Positions 44,093 through 54,681 of a stretch of 64,000 bases of DNA are shown here, piece by piece; the stretch's first letter is position 1, and the number at the start of each line of letters is the position of its first letter. The DNA comes from Andalucia godoyi And28 (taxonomy: Eukaryota; Protista; Jakobida): the NCBI GenBank assembly GCA_009859145.1, contig VRVR01000026.1, positions 252,446 through 316,445 on the forward strand, written 5' to 3'. The notes beneath the pieces are model-generated. The model saw only the letters and a list, made by a program, of their open reading frames with translations, searched no databases and was not told the DNA's origin. The position numbers and the translations under genes are program-made.

Positions 44093-44191
44093 AAATCCGC
44101 GTTTTTCGACTCCTTGTTGTCATGATTCATTATCTTAGTTGTTGTTCACAAACTCTTCTTGTTATTTTAACTAAAAATCATTTAATTTAAT

Positions 44192-45019
44192 TTAGGATAG
44201 CGCAGACTGTGCGTCCGCTGGCTGTGGCTCAGACTGCGCGCTGACCATGAACGACCCTCGACTGCTTGCCTTGTGTTGCATACCTCCGGCAGCATTGGGT
44301 GCCAGAGCCCCTGCCCCACCCATAACGTTAATCACGTGCGACTGGACCACGCTTGCAGTTGGTGGCGCAATTCGGAGTGTGAAGACCACTGCAGAGCCCG
44401 GAGACGCCAGCTCACACGACACATGCGCCGACTTTCCAAACGCACGAAGCGCACCCTCGATCAGCCCGCATGGAAAATGCACCAGTTCCGATGCGGTTAC
44501 CTGCTGTTCCTCTGCGCCCAAATCACCAGCAGCCCCACCGCTGCCGTTGCCCGTAGTCCTTTTCAGCGTACCATTGTTCATCGTCGAGGATGTGGAATTG
44601 GACGCATTTCGGTAGCGCGCAATCCACCGAAATGCATTATCCTGGAGCACAAACGTGCCCTTGTGGTTCGTCTTTAGATTATCGATCGGCTTTCGAAAGA
44701 GAAGCGTCCAGAACTCACGGCACAGAAACTTGACGACGTCCAAATCCTCTGGCATCCGCTGTGACCGTTGTCGTGCAAGCCGCTCCGCAATGCGATATCC
44801 AACCGACCGTCCAAGCGCCACCAGCTTCCTTCGCGACCCTTCACCGCCCGTCGTCAAGCTTTCGCCTTCCCCATCTTTTTCTCGTCCAGCCGCACTCTTT
44901 TCGCGCAGCTCCGAAGCCTTGTCGTCATTGCCGTCATGGAGAGTCCGAAACACTCGAACGATCTGTGCATGGAGCAGCTCAAACAATGGCTCGTTCAGAC
45001 TGTCCACTACTACCGGCAT
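44192..45019 (-). CDS. TRAPPC6: TRAPP complex subunit 6 (Trs33)
   Basis: LGRSVGYRIAERL, DVVKFLCREFW, FRKPIDNLKTNHKGTFVLQD, FPCGLIEGALRAFG. Confidence 0.93.
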   Translation of the reverse strand: MPVVVDSLNEPLFELLHAQIVRVFRTLHDGNDDKASELREKSAAGREKDGEGESLTTGGEGSRRKLVALGRSVGYRIAERLARQRSQRMPEDLDVVKFLCREFWTLLFRKPIDNLKTNHKGTFVLQDNAFRWIARYRNASNSTSSTMNNGTLKRTTGNGSGGAAGDLGAEEQQVTASELVHFPCGLIEGALRAFGKSAHVSCELASPGSAVVFTLRIAPPTASVVQSHVINVMGGAGALAPNAAGGMQHKASSRGSFMVSAQSEPQPADAQSALS

Positions 45020-45266
45020 CCTCCCTCTTGCCTTCCTGTTCTCTTCCTTCCCTTTCCCCCCTCAACTGTACAAACCGGGCAATCTGCAGTACTATCAACA
45101 CGAACACACGACGACTTTGTTCAATATCTATCTGTTTAAACACTGCAAACAGACAGACAGACAAAACTAGTAAAACCTTGGTGGCAAGCAAGTGAGCCTT
45201 TGACATCCACAATCCATCGTAGTCGCATCTCCCCTTCTTGATTATCCATTCCATAACCCGTCCAAA

Positions 45267-45540
45267 ACCCCAAATGTCTGGTCGGACGGCAGTGAATAAC
45301 ATCGGATATTAATGGTTGAGTTTTCTTTTCTTTTTTTTTACAGCTGTCGACGTTGCTGATTAATGAAGGCCAGCTTTCCCCCCCCTGCAGATTGCTGCTA
45401 CCGGCTGTTGTCGCGGCGACGTAGGTGTGCAGGTCGAGGCCCAGCGAGACATTGTCGAATATTGACAGCCGATTCCTTGTAATCGATGATTCCTCCTCCG
45501 CAGTCTCTCTCTCTCTCTCTCTATGTCAAACATCTTCATG
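45267..45540. repeat. Dispersed non-coding repeat, copy 1 of 2
   Basis: Core 45346-45540 matches 50820-51013 with about 7 differences by eye. An upstream ~50-nt block (CCCAAAT..GTCTGGT.GGACGGCAGTGAATA.CATCGGATA) is also shared. Confidence 0.92.
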
Positions 45541-45735
45541 CGAATTGGCCTCACGGAAAGGAGCTCGCGACGAAGGGGCTACTGCGAAGTTTTGGAGAAG
45601 GAAAAAAAAAAGAAGAAACGACGAAAATAGAGAAGGAGAGAGTGAGAGAGAGAGAGAAACAATAATTTAAAAGTAAATGATAACAACAAAAACAGCAAAC
45701 AACAATAGCATCAAACAACAACAACGACAAATGCA

Positions 45736-46995
45736 CTAGTCTTGGTCGTCGTCGTCGTCGTCGTCTGCGGTGTGGCTTGTGATTTTTGGAAGTTTCCACT
45801 TTTTTCTCCTGTCTTTAAAACCCGGGTCGAGATGGACGCCGAGACCAGCAAGGAACCCTGTTCCCTTTGCAGCGGTCTTGTTGACCAGTGCGATGGACAG
45901 ATTACCGAGCGGATGAGTGCATCCGAACCACAGCACCTCGACACTCGCGACAGCCGGCACCTCGCGCACCAGAATCCCGGAGACATAAATGCGACCTCTC
46001 ACCACGTCCTTCTTCCCGCCGCCAATCGCGGCATTGACCGTCTTGCCGCTTGCACTCGCAAACGATGCAAGAAGAGCTTCGCACGGTTCGATGGACCACG
46101 ACACATTCACCCAAGACGGACTGTTTCCGTACGATGAGCTGAGCGCGTTCGTCGTGCAGCTGCTCCCTGTGCTCGTGTTTGCTGTCAGATCGGCGTTGTT
46201 CGCATTCGTGTTGGAGTTGCTGGTGGAAGGAATAATCTTGGCAGCCCGCGCATAGACCATCTCGCGACCAGAGACGACAACCACGCGGCGAGTATGCAGC
46301 ACTTCAAGAGCCAGATGCCATGGATCCAACGTGCAGGAGGCCAAGGTATCCTCGGAGCCGCATAGCAAGGACGAGTCCGCAGAGTCTGCAGAGTCTGCCG
46401 ACGACGGCGATGACGACATTTGCAAAGATGAGCAGGACGATAACTGCGACAACTGTGACGAAGACGAAACCGAAGAGGACGATGATGAAAAGGACGACGA
46501 AGAGAGGTGCTCGACAATGGTAGAGCAAGATGCGCACATATCGTCCCATGCGGCGCGGGAAGACGCATCTTCGAAAGCGCGTGCGATGCGTGCGACGCTG
46601 GCGGAGCGAGCATCCAGCATTAACTGGCCTCGCACGAGCTGCAGGTCCGGATGGATCTGCGGAACAACAGCCTTGTGGACCATGACGCCGTCGCGCAACC
46701 GCGGCTTTGTCCACTTCAGATGCGCAAATGCATGCGCATCTTCCGTCGAGACATGCGGTGTCGACAGTGGAGATGTGATTGGGTGTGACTGTAGCTGTGA
46801 CTGTGACTGCGGTTGCGAGTGGGATTGCGAGTGCGTGTTCGCGGCATGTGTCGATAGCGGATGCAAGAGCGGATGGTGGTGTCGCAAATGCTGCGTCGCG
46901 GCATCAAGCGAGACAATCGTCGCATACAACCGGTCCGCCTCTGATGCAAGAGACTCTACATTCATGTGCACAGGTGTGCCAGCCAAACTGCCCAT
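45736..46995 (-). CDS. START (lipid-transfer) domain protein with Ser/His/Asn-rich insertions
   Basis: WTKPRLRDGVMVH, VRGQLML, RAAWDDMC, VVSGREMVYAR, VVRGRIYVSG, HPLGNLSIALVN. ATG at 46995. Confidence 0.82.
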   Translation of the reverse strand: MGSLAGTPVHMNVESLASEADRLYATIVSLDAATQHLRHHHPLLHPLSTHAANTHSQSHSQPQSQSQLQSHPITSPLSTPHVSTEDAHAFAHLKWTKPRLRDGVMVHKAVVPQIHPDLQLVRGQLMLDARSASVARIARAFEDASSRAAWDDMCASCSTIVEHLSSSSFSSSSSSVSSSSQLSQLSSCSSLQMSSSPSSADSADSADSSLLCGSEDTLASCTLDPWHLALEVLHTRRVVVVSGREMVYARAAKIIPSTSNSNTNANNADLTANTSTGSSCTTNALSSSYGNSPSWVNVSWSIEPCEALLASFASASGKTVNAAIGGGKKDVVRGRIYVSGILVREVPAVASVEVLWFGCTHPLGNLSIALVNKTAAKGTGFLAGLGVHLDPGFKDRRKKWKLPKITSHTADDDDDDDQD

Positions 46996-47538
46996 TTTGC
47001 CTACTCTTGTTTCCTTTTTTTCTCTCTCAGCCCGTTGATTACCCCCCCCCGAAAAAAAAAGCGTGGAGAAAAATAACAATAATAATAAACAACTTGAATG
47101 GAACTATACGATTAAGAACACAACAACGACAGAACGAAATCAAAAGTCAAAAACAACAGCCAAACAAAACAAAATCAAAAACAAAACAAAAAGTCAAACA
47201 GGATGAATATGGACGATAATCGGGAAATCCGTCGTGGGAGTCGCCCTAAAGGTCTCTTAAATGTAGGGTAGGTGGACTTCCACTTGCAGGACGGCGACGA
47301 TGACGACGATCGGACTTCGGAGATCGAGATGCGGAATACGTCGGGGAATTTGTCCGTTTTGCAACAGCCCTCGATCGTCCGAATCGGGGAAAAAAAAAAG
47401 AAAGAGATTGGAAAAAAAAAACCAAACTAAAACGAGTTGATGGGTTTGATTGCGGGAACGACCGATGCGCTTAAGGTGACAGGGTATATTGAAGATGATG
47501 GAGAGATTGAATGGGGAAAGAGTTTGATTGAGGGGCAA

Positions 47539-50388
47539 CTAGTCGTCATCTGGTGGTTGGGTGCGAGTGGTCTCTTGGAGTTTGTGGTGCTGGATGATTG
47601 CGCCGACATCGATGAGTTTTGAAACGGACGAGCGGATGTTCTGGGCAATCCGGACAGAGACTCCGATTGCGGTTCCGACAACAGCACCACATGCAATGGC
47701 CACAACAACGGCACCAAGTTGCACCACAACCAGCAATCCTGATTCAGAGGCATTTCGACCTTCTCGGCAGCTCCCACCACTTGACGACAAGGACGAAGAC
47801 GAGTAGAAAAGGATGCCGCGCTGGGAATGAAGCAGAGACGCCAGAACAACGCCCGTGGCCGCTGCAGCTCCCATCGCAATGGTTCGATGCAACATTCGAT
47901 GCGACGCCCACGACGCAGGAAGGGTTACCAGAATGCAGTGCGTACAGAGAACGGCGAACACAGAAGCAAAGCAGGCTGCGTACGGATGCATGTGGTGGGA
48001 GCACGCGAGCATCGAGCACACCGCGACGGACACCGATATGTGGATGTTGGAGGGGCTACACAAGGTCGTCAGAGAAGCCTGAACACCTGGGGACGTGGAA
48101 GGATCAAACAATCGAAGAATCGTCTGCAGCACATCTTCCGCATCCCGCTGTCCGTCCTCCTTTGCACTGCTACTGTTGCTGCTGTTGCTGCCGTTGCTGG
48201 AAGTCACGCGAAGAAAGACCGAGAATATACGGGTCAAAACGAGAGTGGCAAACGTCGCGCACAAGCAATTTGCAAACGAAAGACCAGCGCTCCGAAGATG
48301 GTTCAGAAGAACATCGGACTCTTGCGAAAGATACACATCCGACATTGCAGCGCTGTCCATGCCCGACGTCGACGTTGGCAACGGCGAGAGGTGCGAGGTA
48401 TCAAATGGGAGGAGAAATGGGACGCCAGACATGATGCCGCCCCACACGCAACACATCGAGAGCACCAGAAACGACAGCACTGCACGGAGAGCAGCATTAG
48501 ACGACAAGAAAGAATTTGAATTCTCATTGGTCTTGGACGACGAGGACGGCTGGGGAAGAGGAATCGGACTGATGATAAGGAGACACGAGACGGTGAATGC
48601 AGAAGCAGCGACAAACAAGAGAGCAAGGCCACTGTCAATGAGCACAAAGTCGGAACGGAAAAATCCCCATAGCGGCCGTTCGTATCGCGGAACAACAAAC
48701 ACGATGAACGGGTCCACAGGCGACGGCGAGTACGTGGATTCGCACGAAATGTCGACATACCGGGAGCTTGCAGAAGACGCATAGGCATGCAGTGCAAACA
48801 CTGGCAGCATAAGCGCTGTCGCGTACACGAGTACAAGGAGTGACGAAAACATCGGCCGCACTCTATGTGCAAGAAACGCATCTGCGGGACCAAACAGCCA
48901 CACCACAACCACAATGCATGTCCACCACAATCCAATCCAGTCGTTCAGCACCGCAGTCGTGGACGGAATCCATGAGTTGTCTTGTCGTGTAAACACCGAT
49001 GTGCTCGGCTGCGTCCATGTCGCGCTCGACAAGTCCGATACAGGAGCGTATTGCGGATAAAGCGCAAAAGAAAGCGCTGGATACGCAAGCCGACCTAGTA
49101 AAAAAATGACGGAGACCGCAAGAATCATAGGAACAAATCCCGGAAACCGCACAGAGACAGTCGCAGAGGCCGCAGCAATAAGGATGGTGAACGGAACAAG
49201 CGTCGTCAGGACGACCTGAAGAATGTCGAGCAACAGCGTGACTTTAAGACCAGTGACGAGCGAGTACGTACGAAGCAGTAAAGTGTCCGGAACGCTGACA
49301 TTCACTTGTGGAGGAGGGATTTGAATGAGGGTGTCTGTAAAGTTGTTGTGCATCATTGCACGGTAGTCCCAACTCATCATCTCGACCAGCTGATGATACT
49401 CCAAATCGTGAAAAAGTGAGGAATTGGCCTCCTGGATGCGTGATTCAATCTGCAAAATTGTGGAATTTCGGTTTGCAGTCTGCAGTGCAATCTCGATGGT
49501 CTGGGATTGCCGAGTCGCGGTGAGTGATTCTTGTAAAAACAAGGATGCTGCTGCGATTCCGTCCGTCGTGTTTTCAATGCTGTTTCTAGATGCAGACAGT
49601 AATTCGGAAAATGAAGTCAGATTCGACTCGATCTCAATTCCAACAAGTTCAAGCCTGTAGATCGCATCCGAATGCAGTCGATAGAGATCGTGGATCGCGT
49701 AGAGGATGGACGTCCACACTCCGAGATTGGTGCGGTTTGAAAGGTCGGCAAGTTCCGATGTGTGGTTCGCAATGAAGACGCTCTGGAACGACATCATTGG
49801 AAGAAGAATCGACTCCTCGGTCGAGTGCACCGACGCATTCAGCAAAGCCTGTCTCGCGGCATCCGCATTGGCAGAGTTGAAAAACGCATGGGTGGCATTC
49901 GAAGCCCTGTTGAGGCGATTCGACGCTGTGTCGTACGCCGAGATGGATGCATTGAGCTCGATGGAGACTGTCGAGTCGTTGTTGCGCAGGCCGGGGACCT
50001 GGGTTTCCAGAAACGAAAGAAAGCTCGAGAGATCGTACAGGCTCTGCAGGCTTGCCGAAGTGTTTGCAATGAGCACGGACAGTACAAGGTCGTCCAGTTG
50101 CAGACTGGATATGTTTTCCGCCACATAGAGGGTGTTCCACTCGGCGGTAGCCACAACGGATGCGTTCACAGAGGATGCACGGGCATCCGCAGTCGAGATC
50201 AATGCTGCCAGCGCCGTGTCGTTGGAAAGCCGTCGTGGCACTTCTGTCGAGTTGATCTGCAATTCATACCGTACGAGCGCGTCCATCACAACGCTAATGT
50301 CCAGTTTTGTGTCCGTTTTGCCAGCGTCGACTCGCACAAGAGGCAGAAACAGGATGACAAGGAAAACTAGCAACCGGGAGATCCTCAT
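47539..50388 (-). CDS. Large membrane protein: signal/anchor, glycosylated coiled-coil ectodomain, C-terminal multi-TM domain (possibly degenerate Rh/Amt fold), 949 aa
   Basis: MRISRLLVFLVILFLPLVRVDA leader, about 330 aa of heptad-like sequence rich in NxS/T, then roughly 11-12 hydrophobic segments. ATG at 50388. Confidence 0.75.
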   Translation of the reverse strand: MRISRLLVFLVILFLPLVRVDAGKTDTKLDISVVMDALVRYELQINSTEVPRRLSNDTALAALISTADARASSVNASVVATAEWNTLYVAENISSLQLDDLVLSVLIANTSASLQSLYDLSSFLSFLETQVPGLRNNDSTVSIELNASISAYDTASNRLNRASNATHAFFNSANADAARQALLNASVHSTEESILLPMMSFQSVFIANHTSELADLSNRTNLGVWTSILYAIHDLYRLHSDAIYRLELVGIEIESNLTSFSELLSASRNSIENTTDGIAAASLFLQESLTATRQSQTIEIALQTANRNSTILQIESRIQEANSSLFHDLEYHQLVEMMSWDYRAMMHNNFTDTLIQIPPPQVNVSVPDTLLLRTYSLVTGLKVTLLLDILQVVLTTLVPFTILIAAASATVSVRFPGFVPMILAVSVIFLLGRLAYPALSFALYPQYAPVSDLSSATWTQPSTSVFTRQDNSWIPSTTAVLNDWIGLWWTCIVVVVWLFGPADAFLAHRVRPMFSSLLVLVYATALMLPVFALHAYASSASSRYVDISCESTYSPSPVDPFIVFVVPRYERPLWGFFRSDFVLIDSGLALLFVAASAFTVSCLLIISPIPLPQPSSSSKTNENSNSFLSSNAALRAVLSFLVLSMCCVWGGIMSGVPFLLPFDTSHLSPLPTSTSGMDSAAMSDVYLSQESDVLLNHLRSAGLSFANCLCATFATLVLTRIFSVFLRVTSSNGSNSSNSSSAKEDGQRDAEDVLQTILRLFDPSTSPGVQASLTTLCSPSNIHISVSVAVCSMLACSHHMHPYAACFASVFAVLCTHCILVTLPASWASHRMLHRTIAMGAAAATGVVLASLLHSQRGILFYSSSSLSSSGGSCREGRNASESGLLVVVQLGAVVVAIACGAVVGTAIGVSVRIAQNIRSSVSKLIDVGAIIQHHKLQETTRTQPPDDD

Positions 50389-50754
50389 GATGCCGCGTTT
50401 GCGTTCCTGTGGATGCAAATGTTTTTTCTTTCTTTTTCTTTCTTTCTACTTTCTTTCCCTTACGGTGTCCTCGTCGAATAGGCGTGTGTATGACACGCTG
50501 GCATCCGTTACGTACTCTGTGATTTCCAGGGCGGACAAAGTCATCATTCACATTCCAAACTGGGAAAGTGAGGCCCATCGCCACCATCAAAGACGACACA
50601 AGGAGAAAAACGTCGGGGAAAACGAAAAAGAAACGATTCGTGGTTTTGGCGTCAAGTGAGTCTACAATTTCTGTGCCTGCTGGTGTTCAGTGCGATACTG
50701 CTCGGTTTTCTCTGGTTTTTATTTCTTCTTCAGATTTTCCAGACTACTACCTTT

Positions 50755-51013
50755 CCAACCCAAATCGTCTGGTGGGACGGCAGTGAATATCATCGGATAG
50801 TATGGTTAAGTTGGCAACCGTCGACGTTTCTGATTAATGAAGGCCAGCCTTTCCCCCCCTGCAGATTGCTGCTACCGGCTGTTGTCGCGGCGACGTAGGT
50901 GTGCAGGTCGCGGCCAGTGAGACACTGTCGAATATTGACAGCCGATTCCTTGTAATCGATGATTCCTCCTCCGCAGTCTCTCTTTCTCTCTCTCTATGTC
51001 AAACATCTTCATG
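50755..51013. repeat. Dispersed non-coding repeat, copy 2 of 2 (same orientation as copy 1)
   Basis: See 45267-45540. Confidence 0.92.
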
Positions 51014-51846
51014 TCTGTCTGTGGCGCACACCATTGCCAATCAAAAAAATGCGGAATGACAATAAATGACGCTCGTTGAAATCCCTAGTTTCCTATGGTT
51101 CCCAAGGTCCAAATGGTTTTTAACGAATGCACTGATTACTCAGCTAGAGAGCTCTGAACAGGAAAAATAGGCTGTTTCTGGTTTGGGGTGCGCGGACCCA
51201 TGGATGTCCACTCAAAAGGAACTCATGTGATGGGTGCAGATGCGGATTGTAAGAATCGCTTTTTTAGGCCAAATAATCTGTCTCAGGCGCAGCATGCGAG
51301 CCAAATGCTTGGAGAGAGGTTTTGGGTTGGAGAGGTAAATACTTTATGAGTGTGAGGGAGTGAGTGTGTGTCTATTTTGCATTTTCATGGTCCAGTTTAC
51401 ATTTTCTCCAGAGAGAAAGCAGGCTCTGCGAAAGCAGCTTTTCTTGCTGCAGCTGTCTGTTCCGGTGATGATTGTCTCTGGTGTTGTTCTCTACAAGCGA
51501 TGTATGTGTGGTTTTATCTTGGCCAGGTTCTTTCTTATAAGGTAGTTTTGGAATGCAGAGCAAGAAGAGACTCATTTTTTGTGTGATCTTTGTTTTGTTT
51601 TTGTTTTCATATGTATTGATGCATGCGTAGGGTTTGGGACGCCGGAAGAGCAAGCAAAGTATCCTGATTTTCAAAGATCTGTGCAGGAGCGAAGAAGTCG
51701 CGAAGAGGAAGTCCAGACCAAACACCAACCTTGATCTGAAAACGAGAAGCAGAAGCAGAAGCCGCAGTGGAAGCAGAAGAGGAAGAGGGAAGGAGATTGA
51801 AAGAGGGTCTCGTGTCATGCAGGTGAGCAGCCGCTTCTGAATGAGA

Positions 51847-52827
51847 CTACTCCTTCTTGACGGATGGGAGTTTCTTGGAGGTGGTGTAGGTCTTTTTGAA
51901 GAAGTCGGTAAATAAGTACAGGAAGGAAGCATTGCATGAAAGAGTAAAGATGAGTGCGAGAAGTCCTGTGCAGTCACCGTTTCGCAGTTGATAGTAATAT
52001 GCGTAGATAAACGTGAGGAAGAAGCTCGTTGCAAACTGCACGAGCTGCATGCTTGTGAGATACCGTTTCCAGAATGGCTGGAACATCTGAAGTTCGTATT
52101 CCAGCAAATCGGTCCTTCCACTCGAGTTTGCAAATGTGCGGGGGCGCGGGGAAGCAGAAGACGAGCCGTCGTGCAGCAACGCAATGTGGGTTTCGGACAC
52201 CCACGCAATCTCCGATCTGCGGATGACCCTGCGGCCCAGCGAGCATCGTGCGTAATAATAGTACATCACGACATGGATGCCGACGTTGAACAGAAGCCCA
52301 TAAGCATGGAAGACCATGTGCGCATCCAGCCAGCTATAGACCATCGCAATGACGATCGCATGGTGGTACACGTGGAGGAAAATCAGCTTCTTCTTCTTGA
52401 GAACCATGATGACTGTGTCAATTAGTTCGTAAAATTTCGACAAGTAGTACACATAGGCCCAGTACTGCAACCGTGCAGTCTGCCGAGGCGGTTCGGAAAA
52501 CGAGCGGCAGAAGAGCCTTTCCATTCTCGACGAGTAGCCGCTGCTGCGGATGCCGTTCTCGTCAGCCACGTACAGATTATACATTTCGAATAGAGTGCCA
52601 ACCATCATAATTGCCGACCAGACGCAAAGTATCATGTTGTGCAGTCCGGAAAACCACTGCAGCTGGAACGGACGCACAGAGCACGTTTTCATGACGAGCT
52701 GCAGCGCAAACACCGTGAACAGGTACACAGCAATCGCAATCGGGACTGTCTGCACAGAAGCAAGAGGCGTCGAGCCAGGGCTCCACACAAACGCATCCGC
52801 ATCACGCAGAACCGATACAATATCCAT
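51847..52827 (-). CDS. Very-long-chain fatty acid elongase (ELO/GNS1/SUR4 family)
   Basis: YYLSKFYELIDT, FLHVYHH, NVGIHVVMYYYY, WKRYLTSMQLVQF, NASFLYLFTDFF. ATG at 52827. Confidence 0.95.
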   Translation of the reverse strand: MDIVSVLRDADAFVWSPGSTPLASVQTVPIAIAVYLFTVFALQLVMKTCSVRPFQLQWFSGLHNMILCVWSAIMMVGTLFEMYNLYVADENGIRSSGYSSRMERLFCRSFSEPPRQTARLQYWAYVYYLSKFYELIDTVIMVLKKKKLIFLHVYHHAIVIAMVYSWLDAHMVFHAYGLLFNVGIHVVMYYYYARCSLGRRVIRRSEIAWVSETHIALLHDGSSSASPRPRTFANSSGRTDLLEYELQMFQPFWKRYLTSMQLVQFATSFFLTFIYAYYYQLRNGDCTGLLALIFTLSCNASFLYLFTDFFKKTYTTSKKLPSVKKE

Positions 52828-53264
52828 AGCCCGTGCAACCGACGAAGATGCGTCCTTGGCAAACGAGTATGATCCTATTTCAAAACGCAGTCGGCCTGCT
52901 TGTTCGCGCACTCTTCTCGATAGAATTCGCCCTTTTCTCTCTCAAGAAAATAATAATCATTACATAAAATAGTATGCATAATAAAAAAAAATTAAAATAA
53001 AAACGAGTTGACCGCAATTTCCCTTGTTCTCGCACTGCTGCACAGCTTCTCTTTTCCCTCAGTCGCAGACGTTTCCAAAGTGCCACACTTTGTTGGCGCA
53101 AGACAGCTGCTGTAAACAAATTCGGCATGCTCCCGCCCCATCTTTCTTGCCCAGTTGCACGCGATGCACGATATACACCAACGCATGGACTGGGGACTGT
53201 GCTGCCGTTCTCGGGTTCTTCGCTTCGTGTGCTTCCTTGCAAATCGTGTTTAGGGGGAAATCAG

Positions 53265-53605
53265 ATGGAATCGGTGGTTGTATCAGGGCAGACGCTCGCA
53301 ACGGTTGAAAAGCTTACAAGTGCAGTGCGATCCGTCACTGAAAACGTCCACAATCTCAACGTCACTTTGGAACGGTATGTGAGTTTCCTTCCCTTGCTAT
53401 ATATTATTCACTCTGTCAGAAAAAGAAAAAGAAAAAAGAATAGAATGATGGGAAACAAACATTGCAAATAACAATAATATTGATAATAATTGCGTTCTAA
53501 ACACTGTCATTAATGCATTCTTCACGCGCAATTGGTTGGGATAGAATGTTGGACCAGTCTCGCGTGATGGAACAGCTTGAAACATCCCATCTGCGTCCGC
53601 ATTAG
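53265..53605 (+). CDS. Small two-exon protein (56 aa), DASH/Dam1 subunit Dad1-like; exons 53265-53374 and 53545-53605
   Basis: GTATGT...GATAG intron (53375-53544). The product MESVVVSGQTLATVEKLTSAVRSVTENVHNLNVTLERMLDQSRVMEQLETSHLRPH resembles the Dad1 core SVLxNLNxLNRSLES as recalled. Confidence 0.5.
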
Positions 53606-53921
53606 CGATTCCACAGAGATTGTTGTGCATTATCTCCTAGGTTTTTTTCTTCTTTCTCTTTCTTTTTGGTTTGTCGAGGGGAGGGAGGATATTTCTGTTC
53701 ATTCCCTGTTCTCTGCTGTGCATGTCGTGTGGCAACCGAATGCCAATTCATACATTCACGTAAACAAAGAACAGAGTGCGCAGAGGTATTGCCGAATGCG
53801 CACAAGAAGGAGGAGGAGAATGGGAGTCTGTGAGAAAGAAGAAATAGTAGTAAATGTACATATAGCGTAGAGTGATACACGGGGAAGGTGGACGAACATG
53901 CGTGGAGTCATAACCATTTGG

Positions 53922-54202
53922 CTATTGGGGATTGAGCTTGGACTTTTCGAGCTCGGCTCGCAGCTGCTCTGCAAACGCCACGTCTACCTCTTCATCGTCC
54001 CAGTTGTCCGTCCATGAATCCGACTTGACATTCGAGCCTTGAGCAGTGTCGATTTCTATTCCGAGTGAGTGAACATGACTGGAAAAAGAATATGGGGGTC
54101 GAAAAGGCTGCAAAATGACGTACCTGTGTTCTCAAACTCTTCAAATTCGTCGTCGTCTTCAAGAAGATCAAGCTGGTCTGCAATCTTGTTTGCCTTGCTC
54201 AT
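53922..54202 (-). CDS. SEM1: 26S proteasome subunit SEM1/DSS1; exons 54202-54124 and 54055-53922, 70 aa
   Basis: LDLLEDDDEFEEF and WTDNWDDEEVDVAFAEQLRAEL; a 68-nt GTACGT...AATAG intron (54056-54123) restores the frame. Confidence 0.95.
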
Positions 54203-54681
54203 TGCCGCGTGTGGAGGAAACAGAGAGAGACGCCTCGGGAAAAAAGAAAAGACCTTCAGATACGCGCTAATCAGCTCAAAAATCTCGGAAAACACCAAAA
54301 AGAAAAAAGAAAAACAGCAACAAATGAAACAGAAAAACGGCTGGGAGGCATTTGAGAGGCACTTGATTGCAGAGGAAAATAGCAAACAAAAGGGAAACGT
54401 GCTTCAAGTAGGGACGATGGCTCCCCGCCCTTTCCCGCCGGAAAACCCTAGACAACCCTAACAAGGTTCGGTTCAAGTTGAGTGCATCGAGTGTCCGGAT
54501 GTTGCAGGTAAATTCCCGATAGTACAGCAGCTCAGGGGGGGATGACGGAGTGCTGCATTCGTTCGTTTTTGTGCTTGCGTCAGTGTGTGCGAGTGGTGTT
54601 GCTTTCAGTGGACTTTTCGAAACGGCAAGCAGGGGCTTCGGGAGAAAAAAAAAGGGGAGGCTTGACGAATGGATCGAAGCG

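Noticed and set aside
45360-45554. 64-aa minus-strand ORF inside repeat copy 1
   Set aside because: Copy 2 has a 1-nt indel that shifts the frame, so coding is not conserved.
51040-51300. Possible box C/D snoRNA motifs (ATGAC...CTGA, GTGATG)
   Set aside because: Box C matches are imperfect, and I could not identify terminal stems or rRNA-complementary guides.
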